From: an uncultured Pseudomonadota bacterium
Lineage (GTDB): Bacteria > Pseudomonadota > Alphaproteobacteria > Acetobacterales > Acetobacteraceae
Assembly: GCA_963756495.1 (NCBI GenBank)
Contig: CAVWNS010000003.1
Span: forward strand, 209,393 to 273,392
Length of the DNA stretch: 64,000 nucleotides
Direction of reading: 5' to 3'
The notes under the pieces were generated by a model that was not told where the DNA came from, ran no database searches, and was given only the letters and a program-made list of their open reading frames with translations. Of this stretch, positions 18,278-27,674 are shown in pieces. The position numbers were made by a program, and so were the translations under genes. Numbering within the stretch: position 1 is the stretch's first letter; each line of letters opens with the position of its first letter.

Positions 18278-19342
18278 GTGACTGACAGCGAGCTCACCAC
18301 GCGAGCACGTAAGACCAGCGTCTCCGGCCTCCACGCGACGGTCGGCGTCAGCACCGCGGTCCTTGTCGTCGCCGCGCTGTACCTGGCGGCGTCGGTGTTC
18401 GCGCCGCTGGCCTTTGCCCTGTTCATCATCGCGATGGTCTGGCCGTTGCAGGCGCGACTACAGGCGCGGCTGCCGAAGCTTGTGGCACTCGGGATCAGCG
18501 TGCTCGCGACCGTCTTCGTCATCGGCGCGTTCGCGTGGGCGATCAGCTGGGGTTTCAGCCGCGCTGGCCGCTATGTCTTCACCGACGCCGCCCGGTTCCA
18601 GGCGCTCTACAACCAGTTGGCCGAGTGGCTCGAAGGCCATGGCATTGAGGTCGCCAGCATATGGGCCGAGCATTTCAACGTGCGCTGGGCGCTCGGCGTC
18701 TTCCAGCAGCTCACCAGCAGGATCAACGGCATGCTCAGCTTCTCGGTGATCGTGCTGATCTACGTCATCCTCGGCCTGCTAGAGGTGGACATCACCGCCC
18801 GCAAGCTCCGCGCGATGAAGCGCGGCGAGGCCGGACAGGTCCTGGTGAACGCGGGCGCCATCACCGGCCGCAAGCTTCGCAAGTATATGCTGGTCCGCAG
18901 CCTGATGAGCGTGATGACCGGCGTCCTCGTATGGCTGTTCGTGCTGCTCTGTGGCCTCCCTCTCGCGACCGAATGGGGCGTGATCGCCTTCGCGCTCAAT
19001 TACATCCCGTTCATCGGCCCGTTCGTCGCGACCATCCTGCCGACACTCTTCGCCGTCGCGCAGTTCGGCGCATGGCAGAACGCGATCCTCGTGTTCGCGG
19101 CGCTGAACCTCATCCAGTTCCTGGTCGGCAGCTATCTGGAGCCCCTGATCGCGGGAAATGTGCTATCGATGTCGCCGTTCCTGGTGCTGTTCGCTGTGTT
19201 CTTTTGGACGTTCCTGTGGGGGATTTCCGGCGCGTTCATCGGCATTCCCATCGTGATCGCCATGCTGACGCTCTGCGAGCAGCATCCGGCGAGCCGCTGG
19301 GTGGCGGAGTTGTTCGGGGCATCGGCGGACGAGCAGGCGTGA
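18278..19342 (+). CDS. AI-2E family (PerM/UPF0118) transporter
   Basis: 354 aa and polytopic, with the conserved ALNYIPFIGPFVATILP block. Confidence 0.8.
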   Translation: MTDSELTTRARKTSVSGLHATVGVSTAVLVVAALYLAASVFAPLAFALFIIAMVWPLQARLQARLPKLVALGISVLATVFVIGAFAWAISWGFSRAGRYVFTDAARFQALYNQLAEWLEGHGIEVASIWAEHFNVRWALGVFQQLTSRINGMLSFSVIVLIYVILGLLEVDITARKLRAMKRGEAGQVLVNAGAITGRKLRKYMLVRSLMSVMTGVLVWLFVLLCGLPLATEWGVIAFALNYIPFIGPFVATILPTLFAVAQFGAWQNAILVFAALNLIQFLVGSYLEPLIAGNVLSMSPFLVLFAVFFWTFLWGISGAFIGIPIVIAMLTLCEQHPASRWVAELFGASADEQA

Positions 19343-19381
19343 TCGGTGGCTGGCTCGCCGGCTATGCGTAGGGGGCGAGCA

Positions 19382-21142
19382 ATGCAGCCGATTCTCGATC
19401 CGCGTGCTGGCGACATCGAAGACGACGCCTCCAGCACCAAGCGGCGATCGTTGCTGTCACTGGCCGGCACCTTGCTCGGCGAGATCAGTTTCCCCAAGCT
19501 CGCGATCGTCTGGATGATGCTGATCGGTTTTCCCGCCCTGATGCTCGGCGCGGCGCCGCTGGTCGTCTCGCTCTGGATCAGCTCGGTGTCGTCCCACGCC
19601 GCCGCGATCTTCACCGAAGTGGCGCCGGCGCTGGTGTTGCTCGCGCTCGCAGTGGTCGGTTGGTTTGCATGGCGGCCCCTGCTCCGGCTCGCGGAAAGCA
19701 GCTTCTGGTCGCTGAACGCCCTCGCCGTCCAACCCGCCTACATCGTGTTTCGCGAAGGCTTCCGGCATCTCGCTGAGCGGCTGCTCGCGCCCTGGTTGAA
19801 CGAGGACCGGCGTGTCTTCGTCCGCGCAGCCAGCGCCGCTGCGTCGGGCTTGGTCATCTGCGGGCTCGGGCTCGGTCTCATTCGCCTCGTGTGGCCTGCG
19901 ACGCGCTGGGTCGGCAGCTTGCAGAACATTGCGTCGCCAATCCGGCTGCTTCCCGTCGTGTTGGCGAACAGTGTCGTACTGGTCTCTGGCTATTTCGCGC
20001 TGGCGGCGATGGTCTGGGGCTGGGCCGATGCGACGATGGCGCAACCACGCGACCTCCGCGCCTTTGCGGCCGGCTTGGCGCCTGGCCGGAGATGGCGCGT
20101 CGCGCATCTCTCCGACCTCCATACGGTCGGCGAACGCTACGGATTCCGCGTCGAGAGCGGTAGATCCGGTCCAAGCGGCAACGAGCGGCTGAGGCAGGTG
20201 CTGCGGTGTTTGGATGAAATTCACGCGGCGCATCCGCTGGACCTGGTCCTGATCACGGGAGACATGACGGATGCCGGGCGCTCGGCGGAGTGGGCCGAGT
20301 TCTTCGCCGCGTTGGCACCGTACCCGGAACTGGCCGAGCTCGTGGTCGCGCTGCCCGGCAACCACGACGTCAACGTGGTGGACCGCGCGAGCCCGGCCCG
20401 GCTGGAGCTGCCGACGAGCCCGATGAAGCGGCTGCGGCAACTCCGGACGCTGTCAGCGCTCGCCACGCTGCAGGGCACGCGATTGCGGACACTGGAGAGC
20501 GCGGCCGGTCGCCTCGGCGGCACCCTGGCCGACGCGCTCGCCCCGCATGCCGCGGACATGGTCAGCTTCGCCGACGACGGCTCGGCGCGTCGGTCGCGCG
20601 CGCTGGCGGGGCTGTGGGACGCGAGCTTTCCCCTCGTGCAACCGCCCGACACGGACGACGGGCTGGGAATTGTCGTTCTGAACTCCAATGCCGAGACGCA
20701 TTTCTCGTTCACCAACGCTCTCGGGCTGGTGTCGGCGGAACAGGCCCGCGGGCTCGAGATCGCCACGCGTCGATACCCTCGCGCCTGCTGGATCGTGGCG
20801 CTGCACCACCATGTCATCGAATATCCCCAGTCGGTGAAGGCGCTGTCCCAGCGCATCGGCACCGCGCTCATCAACGGCAGTTGGTTCGTACGCAGACTGC
20901 GGCGCCTGGCCGACCACGTCGTCATCATGCACGGCCACCGGCATGTCGATTGGATCGGCGAGTGCGGCGGTGTCCTGATCGTCTCGGCGCCGTCGCCCGT
21001 GATGGAGGCGACCGATTGCATGGAGACGTATTTCTACGTGCACAATTTAGCCCGAACCGCGGATGGCCGGCTCAGCCTGCTCGAGCCGGAGCGGATCGTT
21101 GTGGCTGGCCGGGTACTCGCCGAGAACCCCGTGGCGGCGTGA
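19382..21142 (+). CDS. Membrane-anchored metallophosphoesterase (polytopic N-domain + calcineurin-like phosphoesterase with a large insert)
   Basis: AGGGGG precedes ATG 19382 (alternative GTG at 19346). About 240 aa of hydrophobic N-domain precede the motifs HLSDLH, GDMTDAG, GNHD, HHH and GHRH. Confidence 0.75.
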   Translation: MQPILDPRAGDIEDDASSTKRRSLLSLAGTLLGEISFPKLAIVWMMLIGFPALMLGAAPLVVSLWISSVSSHAAAIFTEVAPALVLLALAVVGWFAWRPLLRLAESSFWSLNALAVQPAYIVFREGFRHLAERLLAPWLNEDRRVFVRAASAAASGLVICGLGLGLIRLVWPATRWVGSLQNIASPIRLLPVVLANSVVLVSGYFALAAMVWGWADATMAQPRDLRAFAAGLAPGRRWRVAHLSDLHTVGERYGFRVESGRSGPSGNERLRQVLRCLDEIHAAHPLDLVLITGDMTDAGRSAEWAEFFAALAPYPELAELVVALPGNHDVNVVDRASPARLELPTSPMKRLRQLRTLSALATLQGTRLRTLESAAGRLGGTLADALAPHAADMVSFADDGSARRSRALAGLWDASFPLVQPPDTDDGLGIVVLNSNAETHFSFTNALGLVSAEQARGLEIATRRYPRACWIVALHHHVIEYPQSVKALSQRIGTALINGSWFVRRLRRLADHVVIMHGHRHVDWIGECGGVLIVSAPSPVMEATDCMETYFYVHNLARTADGRLSLLEPERIVVAGRVLAENPVAA

Positions 21143-21164
21143 ACCGACCGCGACGCGAAAGCTT

Positions 21165-21908
21165 TCATTGACAGGCCGCGCGCGCGGCGTCCCCTTCCTC
21201 TGGTCGCACGGCGAGACGTCCGAGAGCCAGCGGACTGCCGTCGAGAGACTCCAGGTCTTCATGCCGCGGACGCATTCCGCGACGTCGCTCCACTGTTCGA
21301 TCAGGCTTGTGGATCGGTTCTTGAGGGACCGCTGGGACGTCTGCTCGGCGACTACCTGCTCGCGCTGGGGCGACGATTGCCCGCGCTGACCGCGGACGAT
21401 CTGCCACGCTTAGCGGCGGCAGTCCACGGGATGCTCGTGGCGTGCATTGCGTCGCCAGTCGATCATGTCAGCCTGGCCCGCAGCCAGATCGATCTCGGTC
21501 GGCTCGAGCGGGTGCGCCAAGTCGTGCGTCGGCACCTTCTGTCGCCCGCCTTGACTCCAAAATTGTTGAGCCGCCTAGCTGGTATTTCCCATTCCAACCT
21601 GTATCGGCTGTTGGAGAACGCGGGCGGCGTGGCCCAGGTACATCCAGCGCCAGCGCCAGCGCCAGCGCCTGCTCGAGGCTCACGCCGTTCTGTGCGATCC
21701 TGCCATGACCAAGTCGATCTCCGCGATCTCCGAGGAGCTTTGCTTCACGGAGGCGTCGAGTTTCAGCCGCGCGTTCAGGCGTGAACTCGGCCACAGCCCG
21801 AGCGAAGTACGGCGCGCCGCGATCGCGGGGCTGGCGCCTCCCATGATCCTCCATGGACGCAAGGCGAGCGAAGCAGCGGGCTTCGGCGATCTCCTCCGTC
21901 GGGTCTGA
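21165..21908 (+). pseudogene. AraC-family regulator, 5'-truncated and frameshifted
   Basis: AraC_binding_2-like and HTH segments (..ISHSNLYRLLENAGGVA / YIQRQR..LCFTEASSFSRAFRRELGHSPSEV) lie in three frames. The shifts are at about 21264-21272 and about 21636. About 70 N-terminal residues have no room after the preceding gene's stop. Confidence 0.65.
21645..21668 (+). repeat. Hexanucleotide tandem repeat (CAGCGC)x4 inside the AraC remnant
   Basis: Seen directly. It encodes QRQRQRQR where family members usually have YIQRQRL. Confidence 0.9.
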
Positions 21909-22043
21909 TATCGCCGCGTGCGGCGTCTGGCCACGCCTTCGCCTGATTTGGGATGCCGCGCACGGCGGTGGGATCACAGGTCTATCCTGGGCGTGGCCGA
22001 TCCGGTACTCTGCGCGCATGACTGGCGTGCCCGTTCGTGTCCA

Positions 22044-22554
22044 ATGACCCTCCTGGGCGATAACGTCGCGGCTGGCCGGTTGCGTGCGCTAGCACGGTTG
22101 GCCGCCTTCTTCTGCCTTTGGCTGGTGATCTCCGGAGTCAGCCCGGCGGATATTCCGGTCGGCGTGCTGACCGCGGTTGCCGCCACTTGGACCAGCCTGC
22201 GCCTGCTGCCGCCGGGGACGTGGCGTCTGCGACCGGTGGCCGTGGCTCGGCCTCGTGCTGCACTTCGTTGGGCAGTCTGCCCTCGCCGGGGCCGATGTCG
22301 CCTCGCGCGCACTTGACCCCCGGCTGCGGCTGCGTCCGGGCCTGGTACCCTGCTCGGTCCGCGTTCGCCCCGGCCCGGCACGAAACGCATTCTGCGCGTT
22401 CACCAGCCTGTTGCCGGGCACGCTGCCGGCCGGGTTCGACGCGAGCGGGCGGCTGCTCATCCACAGCCTCGATGTCGGCGAGCCCGTAGCGGCCGAACTG
22501 GAAGCGGAGGAGACGCGGTTGGAACGGGCATTCGGCGGCGGGGCCGATGGCTGA
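22044..22554 (+). pseudogene. mnhE: Mrp/Mnh antiporter subunit E, one frameshift
   Basis: MTLLGDNV...LRLLPPGTWRLRP in one frame continues as ..LGLVLHFVGQSALAGADVASRALDPRL...SLDVGEP.. in the +1 frame. The junction is at about 22230-22250. Confidence 0.65.
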
Positions 22555-22834
22555 CTTCCTGCTCGCCGCCGCGACGTTCGTGCTGGTCATGGTGGCGCTG
22601 GGGCTGGTGCGCATCCTGCGCGGGCCGGAAGATGCGGACCGCATCATGGCGGCACAGCTGCTCGGCACCGGCGGAATCGCGGCACTGCTTCTGCTGGCCG
22701 CCGCGACCGGGGTGCGCGCGGCGGTCGATGTCGCGCTGGTGTTCGCGCTGCTCGCCGCCTTCGCTTCGGCGGCTTTCGTGCAGGGCATTTCCGGCCCCGG
22801 AACGGACGTTTCAGAGGAGGCCGACGGCGCATGA
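22547..22834 (+). CDS. mnhF: Mrp/Mnh antiporter subunit F
   Basis: Intact 95-aa ORF containing LVRILRGPEDADRIMAAQLLGTGG. The ATGA overlap with the next gene is preserved. Confidence 0.8.
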   Translation: MADFLLAAATFVLVMVALGLVRILRGPEDADRIMAAQLLGTGGIAALLLLAAATGVRAAVDVALVFALLAAFASAAFVQGISGPGTDVSEEADGA

Positions 22835-23125
22835 CGCTCGCGCTGGATATCTTCAGCATCGTCGCCGTCTGCGGCCGGTGCCTTCTTCTTCCTGGCCGGC
22901 ACGGTCGGGCTGCTGCGCTTCCCCGACCCTCTCACCCGCCTTCACGCGCTCACCAAATCGGACAATCTCGGCCTCGGGCTGGTCGTGCTGGGGCTGCTGC
23001 CGCTGGCGGCGGGGCCGCTCGACGCGCTCAAGCTCGTCGTCGTCTGGCTGCTCACCCAGTTGGCCGGAGCGACGGTGACACAGCTCATTGCCCGTGCGGC
23101 GCTGCGCGGACGGACCAGCGCATGA
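22831..23125 (+). pseudogene. mnhG: Mrp/Mnh antiporter subunit G, one frameshift
   Basis: MTLALDIFSIVAV is followed, after a +1 shift at about 22871-22880, by GAFFFLAGTVGLLRFPDPLTRLHALTKSDNLGLG...RGRTSA*. Confidence 0.7.
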
Positions 23126-23373
23126 GTGCCGGTCTTCGCGTTCGACGCCGTTCTGGCCGTGCTGGTGCTGGCCGTCGCCTGCCGGATCGTCGCGGCGCGG
23201 CAGAGTTTCGCCGCCGTCGTAGGCTTTGTCGCCTATGGGCTGCTGCTGTCGTTGGTCTGGGTGCGCCTCGCGGCGGTGGACGTGGCGTTGACCGAGGCCG
23301 CTGTCGGGAGCGGCGCCACCGGCGTCCTGCTGCTGGGCGCGGCCGTGCGCCTGCCAGCGGCCGAGGCGCATGA
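23126..23373 (+). pseudogene. DUF4040 (MbhD-like) membrane subunit; the 3' end is out of frame with its expected ATGA stop
   Basis: The GTG start directly follows the mnhG stop. The sequence is MPVFAFDAVLAVLVLAVACRIVAARQSFAAVVGFVAYGLLLSLVWVRLAAVDVALTEAAVGSGATGVLLLGA. The expected TGA (23371) is in another frame. Confidence 0.5.
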
Positions 23374-24074
23374 AGCGGCCGAACGGCCCGGCGACGGCGC
23401 TGCGCCTGCGCGGCAGCGGTGCTGTGCGCGCTGGTGGCGGCAGCACTTGCGGCGGTCGTGCTGCTGCTGCCCGATCCGGCGCCCACGCTCGCATCGGCGG
23501 CGGTGGCGAATATGCCGGCCGGCATCGGCAATCCGATCACCGCGGTCCTGCTCGACTACCGAGCCTTCGACACCTTGCTGGAGAAAGTGGTGCTGCTGCT
23601 GGCGCTGCTCGGCGTGTGGTCGGTGACGCCGGACCGGCTGTGGGGCGGCAGGCCAGGGCCGCGGCACCGGGCGGATGCGGATGGCGTGCTGACCTTCCTG
23701 GCGCAGATGCTGCCACCGATCGGGATCGTCATCGGCATCCATGTCCTGTGGGTGGGCGCGGTCGGTCCCGGCGGCGCGTTCCAGGCTGCGCGCGATCCTG
23801 GCGGCGATGTGGATTCTGGCCGTGCGGGCCGGGCTGGTCGATGCGCCGCCGATCGAGGCAATCGCAGGCTGCGGCTGGTGCTGGTCGCGGGGCCGGCGCT
23901 GTTCATCGCCGTCGGGTTTGCGGGCTTCCCCTTGGCCGGCTCGTTCCTGGCCTATCCCGGCGGCCTACGCCAAGCCGCTGATCCTCGTCGTCGAAGTCGT
24001 GCTGACGCTCTCCATCGCCGTCATCCTGGGGCTGCTGGTGGCGGGCCCGCCCGAGCGGACACCGACAGCAATGA
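23370..24074 (+). pseudogene. mnhB: Mrp/Mnh antiporter subunit B (MbhE/MnhB domains), about 4 frameshifts
   Basis: NPITAVLLDYRAFDTLLEKVVLL and WVGAVGPGGAFQ.GAILAAMWIL (the MnhB hallmark) are present. The sequence has to be joined across shifts at about 23410-23418, 23787, 23855 and 23960. Confidence 0.6.
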
Positions 24075-24386
24075 GCGCCGTCACACTGTTCGGCCTGTGC
24101 GGCGCGGCGCTGGTGGGTCTCGGCCTGTACGGCCTGATCGTGCATCCCCAGCCGCTGCGCAAAGATCCTCGCCTTCAACCTGCTCGGCGGCGGGGTGTTC
24201 CTGCTGTTCGGCGTGATCGCCCGCAGGGGTGAGGCGGCCGGGATGGGCGGCGATCCGGTGCCGCAGGCGCTGGTCATCACCGGCATCGTGGTCGCCTTCT
24301 CGGCCACCGCGCTGGCGGTGGCACTGCTGCTCCGGCTGTTCGCGGAAACCGGCCGGGCCACGCTGCGCACCGATCCGCCGGCCTGA
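24071..24386 (+). pseudogene. mnhC: Mrp/Mnh antiporter subunit C (NuoK-like), one frameshift
   Basis: MSAVTLFGLCGAALVGLGLYGLIVHPQPLRK is followed, after one extra base at about 24164, by ILAFNLLGGGVFLLFGVIARRG...LVITGIVVAFSATALAVALLL. Confidence 0.65.
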
Positions 24387-25923
24387 TGGCGACCCCGACG
24401 GATTTCGTCGACCCGGCAACCGACCGGCGGCTTCCTGCTGGTGCTCGCGATCGCGCTGCCGGTCGTGGGCGTGCTGCTGTCGCTGGCACTTGGCGGACGG
24501 TGCTGCCGAGCGCGTCGCCCTGGTGCTGCTGCCGGTCGAGCTCGTCGTCGCGGTGGCGATCGCCGCCGGCGTGTGGCGCTCGGGCCATGCGCTGATCTAC
24601 CACCTGGGCGGCTGGGCGCCGCCGCTCGGCGTGGCCCTGCGCGCCGACGGGTTCTCGGCTGTGATGCTGGTGACCAGTTCGGTGGTGCTGTGCGCCACCG
24701 CGCTGTTCGCGCGCCCGGCCTTCCGCACGCCGCCCGGCACGCCCGAGCGTCGCGTGACGCTGGTGTTCTGGACGCTGCTGCTGGCGGTGTCGGGCGCGTT
24801 GAACGCGGTGTTCCTCGGCAACGACCTGTTCAATCTCTACGTCGCGCTGGAGCTGCTGACCTTCGCTGCGGTGCCGCTGGTCTGCCTCGACGGCCGTGCC
24901 GAGACGCTCGCCGCCGCGTTGCGCTATCTGCTGTTCGCGCTGCTCGGCTCGGTGCTGTATCTGCTGGGGGCGGCACTGCTCTATGGCGCCTATGGCACGC
25001 TGGATATCGGGCTGCTGCATGCCCGCATCCATGCCGAAACCGTCACCTATGTGGCGGCGGCACTGATGACGGCGGGGCTGCTGGCCAAGACCGCGCTGTT
25101 TCCGCTGCATCTGTGGCTGCCGCCCGCCCATGCCGGCGCCCCTCCCGCGGCCAGCGCCGTACTCTCGGCGCTGGTGGTCAAGGGCTCGTTCTTCCTGACC
25201 GTCCGGCTGTGGTTCTACGTGCTGCCGGGCGTGCCGAACCAGGCGTCCGCGCAGGTGCTGGCGGCGCTGGGGGCGGCGGCGATCCTGGTCGGCAGCGCGG
25301 TGGCGTTGCGCCAGGCGCGGCTAAAGCTGCTGATCGCCTACTCGACCGTGGCGCAGATCGGCTATCTGTTCCTGATGTTCCCGCTCGCCGCCGGCGGTGC
25401 GAGCGGGCAGTTCTGGAGCGCGGGCGCCTGGACCGGGCGGTATCCTCCAGGCCGTGTCGCATGCCTTCGCCAAGGCGGCGATGTTCATGGCCGCGGGGCT
25501 GATGGCCGAGGCGCTGGGCCACGACCGCATCGCCGAGCTGAAGGGCATCGGGCGCGCGCTGCCGATGACCGTCATCGCCTTCGCGCTCGGCGGGCTGTCG
25601 CTGATGGGGGTGCCGCCGAGCGGCGGGTTCGTCGCGAAATGGCTGTTGCTGACCGCCTCCGCCGCCGCCGGCCAATGGTGGTGGGCGGTGGTGATCCTGA
25701 TCGGCGGGCTGCTTGCTGGCGGCTACGTGTTCCGGGTGCTCGCCTGCGCGATGGCGATGGCGGACGAGGGACTGACTTTGCGCGCGCGTGGTCCCGCGCA
25801 GCCGCCAGGCCGTGGTGCTGGCGCTGGCGATCGGCTCGGTGCTGCTCGGCCTGATGCCGCTGAAGCCGTTCCAACTGTTGCAGATCGGCCGCCCCAGCGG
25901 CGGCTGCGGTCGGTTTCCGATGA
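24386..25923 (+). pseudogene. mnhD: Mrp/Mnh antiporter subunit D (NuoN/Proton_antipo_M family), about 5 frameshifts
   Basis: The TGATG coupling with mnhC is intact. Family blocks are present (..NLYVALELLTFAAVPLV.., ..KTALFPLHLWLPPAHAGAPPAASAVLSALVVKGSFF.., ..QAVSHAFAKAAMFMAAG..). They are spread over three frames, with shifts at about 24420, 24498, 25438, 25781-25789 and 25892-25895. Confidence 0.65.
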
Positions 25924-27553
25924 TCCCGTCGGTCCTGCTCGCCGCAGCACCGGCCACGCCGCTCGTGCTGCTGCTGGCCTGTCTGTGGCGACGCGCCCGC
26001 GACCGCATGACGGAACTGCTCTGGCTGGCGCCGATACCGGCGCTGGCGGCTGCCTTGCTGGCCGCCGGTGCCCCGCCGCTGGTGTTGGATCGGCCGCTGG
26101 TGCGCGTGACGCTGGCACTCGACCTGCCCGGAGCGATGCTGCTCGGAGCGGCGGCACTGCTCTGGGTCGCCGCCGGTGCCTACACGCGGACCTATCTGCG
26201 CGGCAGGCCGGATGGCGGGCGTTTCGCTGTGTTCTGGCTGCTGACGCTGACCGGCAGCCTCAGCATCTTCATGGCCGCCGACATGGCGAGCTTCTTTCTC
26301 GCCTATTGCATGGTCAGCCTCGCCGCCTATGGCCTGGTGGTCCACGATTCACGCCGCGCGCGTGGCGCGCCGGCGGCATCTATGTGGCCTTTGCGGTGCT
26401 GGGCGAGACGTTGCTGCTGATGGGCCTGGTGCTGCTGGCGGCGAGCGCTCCCGGCGAGCGCCTGCTGATCCGCGATGCCGTGGCGGCGCTGCCGGCCTCG
26501 CCGTGGCGCGACGCGATCCTGGCGCTGCTGATCGCCGGCTTCGGGGCAAAGATCGCGCTGGTGCCGCTGCATGTCTGGATGCCGCTGTCCTATCGGGCAG
26601 CACCCATTCCGGCCGCCGCCGCGCTGAGCGGCGCCGCGGTCAAGGCCGGCGTGATCGGCCTGATCCGCTTCCTGCCGCTTACGACCGCGCTGCCCGGTCT
26701 GGGGCGGGGTGTTGGTCGCTGTTCGGGTTGCTCAGCGCGTTCTGGGGCGTCGTGGTCGGGATCACGCAGGACAGCCCGAAGACGGTGCTGGCCTATTCGA
26801 GCATCAGCCAGATGGGTTTCATCGCGACGGTGCTGGGCACGGCGCTTGCTGCGGGGCGATGGCGGCGCCGCCGCGCCGGTCGCGTTCTACGCCGCGTGCC
26901 ATGTGCTGGTGAAGGGGTCGCTGTTCCTCGCGATCGGCGCCGCCGCCGCCAGCGCCAGAGCCCCTCCGGTGGTCGGTGCTGCTGCCGGCCGCGCTGCTGG
27001 GGCTGGGCCTGGGCGGATTGCCGTTCACCGGCGTGGCGCTGGCAAAGTTGGCCGTGAAGTCTTCGTTGGGTGCGGGGTGGGTCGGCGCTCTGGGTGCGCT
27101 GGCGGCGGCCGGTACCACGCTGCTGATGCTCCACTTCCTGCTTCGGCTCGCAGAGACGGGGGCGACGCAGGAAGGCGAAATCGCCCCTCGGGCTGGTCCT
27201 GCCCTGGCTCGCGATGGCGCTCGCCGGCTTCACGCTTCCCTGGTTGCTGTATCACACGGCCACGGGCGGCGCGTTGGGCGACATGCTCGCGCCGGGCGCA
27301 TTGTGGGCGACGCTCTGGCCGGTGCTGGTCGGCCTGGTGCTGGCGGTTCTGCTGCACCGCTGGCGGCACCGGCTGCCGCGCGTGCCTGAGGGGGATCTGG
27401 TGGTCGTGGTGGAGCGCGCGGCACGCGCCGCCATCGACTGGAGCAAGGCGCTGGAACGCGCGGAGGGCCATTTGCGGCGAATGGCCACTGGCAGGCTTGT
27501 CGCTGCTTTCGGTCGCGATCATTCTTGGCGCGGCGATGCTGGCCGGTCCTTGA
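25920..27553 (+). pseudogene. Second MrpD/MrpA-like proton-conducting membrane subunit, about 6 frameshifts
   Basis: The start has an ATGA overlap. The blocks ..FFLAYCMVSLAAYGLVVH.., ..GAKIALVPLHVWMPLSYRAAPIPAAAALSGAAVKAGVIGLIRF.. and ..LAYSSISQMGFIATVLG.. are present. Shifts lie at about 26355, 26700, 26855, 26970, 27175 and 27478. Confidence 0.6.
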
Positions 27554-27610
27554 GTCCACGCACGATACTGGGGCATGATAGACAGTGCGATGCGCGCCGA
27601 GCCCGTGACC

Positions 27611-27639
27611 GCTTTTCATCGGGAAAAGCTCCAGTTTTT
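27611..27639 (+). terminator. Weak candidate terminator after the Mrp cluster
   Basis: GCTTTTC-atcgg-GAAAAGC hairpin followed by tccaGTTTTT. Confidence 0.3.
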
Positions 27640-27674
27640 GCCATCAAGGTGGTGTCGGCGATGAGTAGCTGCAC

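Noticed and set aside
21645-21668. CRISPR-like or other repeat arrays. Candidates were (CAGCGC)4, the 12-mer x2 at 12376-12399, and the Pro-codon repeats in tolA.
   Set aside because: The units are far too short and too few, there are no spacers and no cas genes. They are microsatellite or low-complexity coding repeats.
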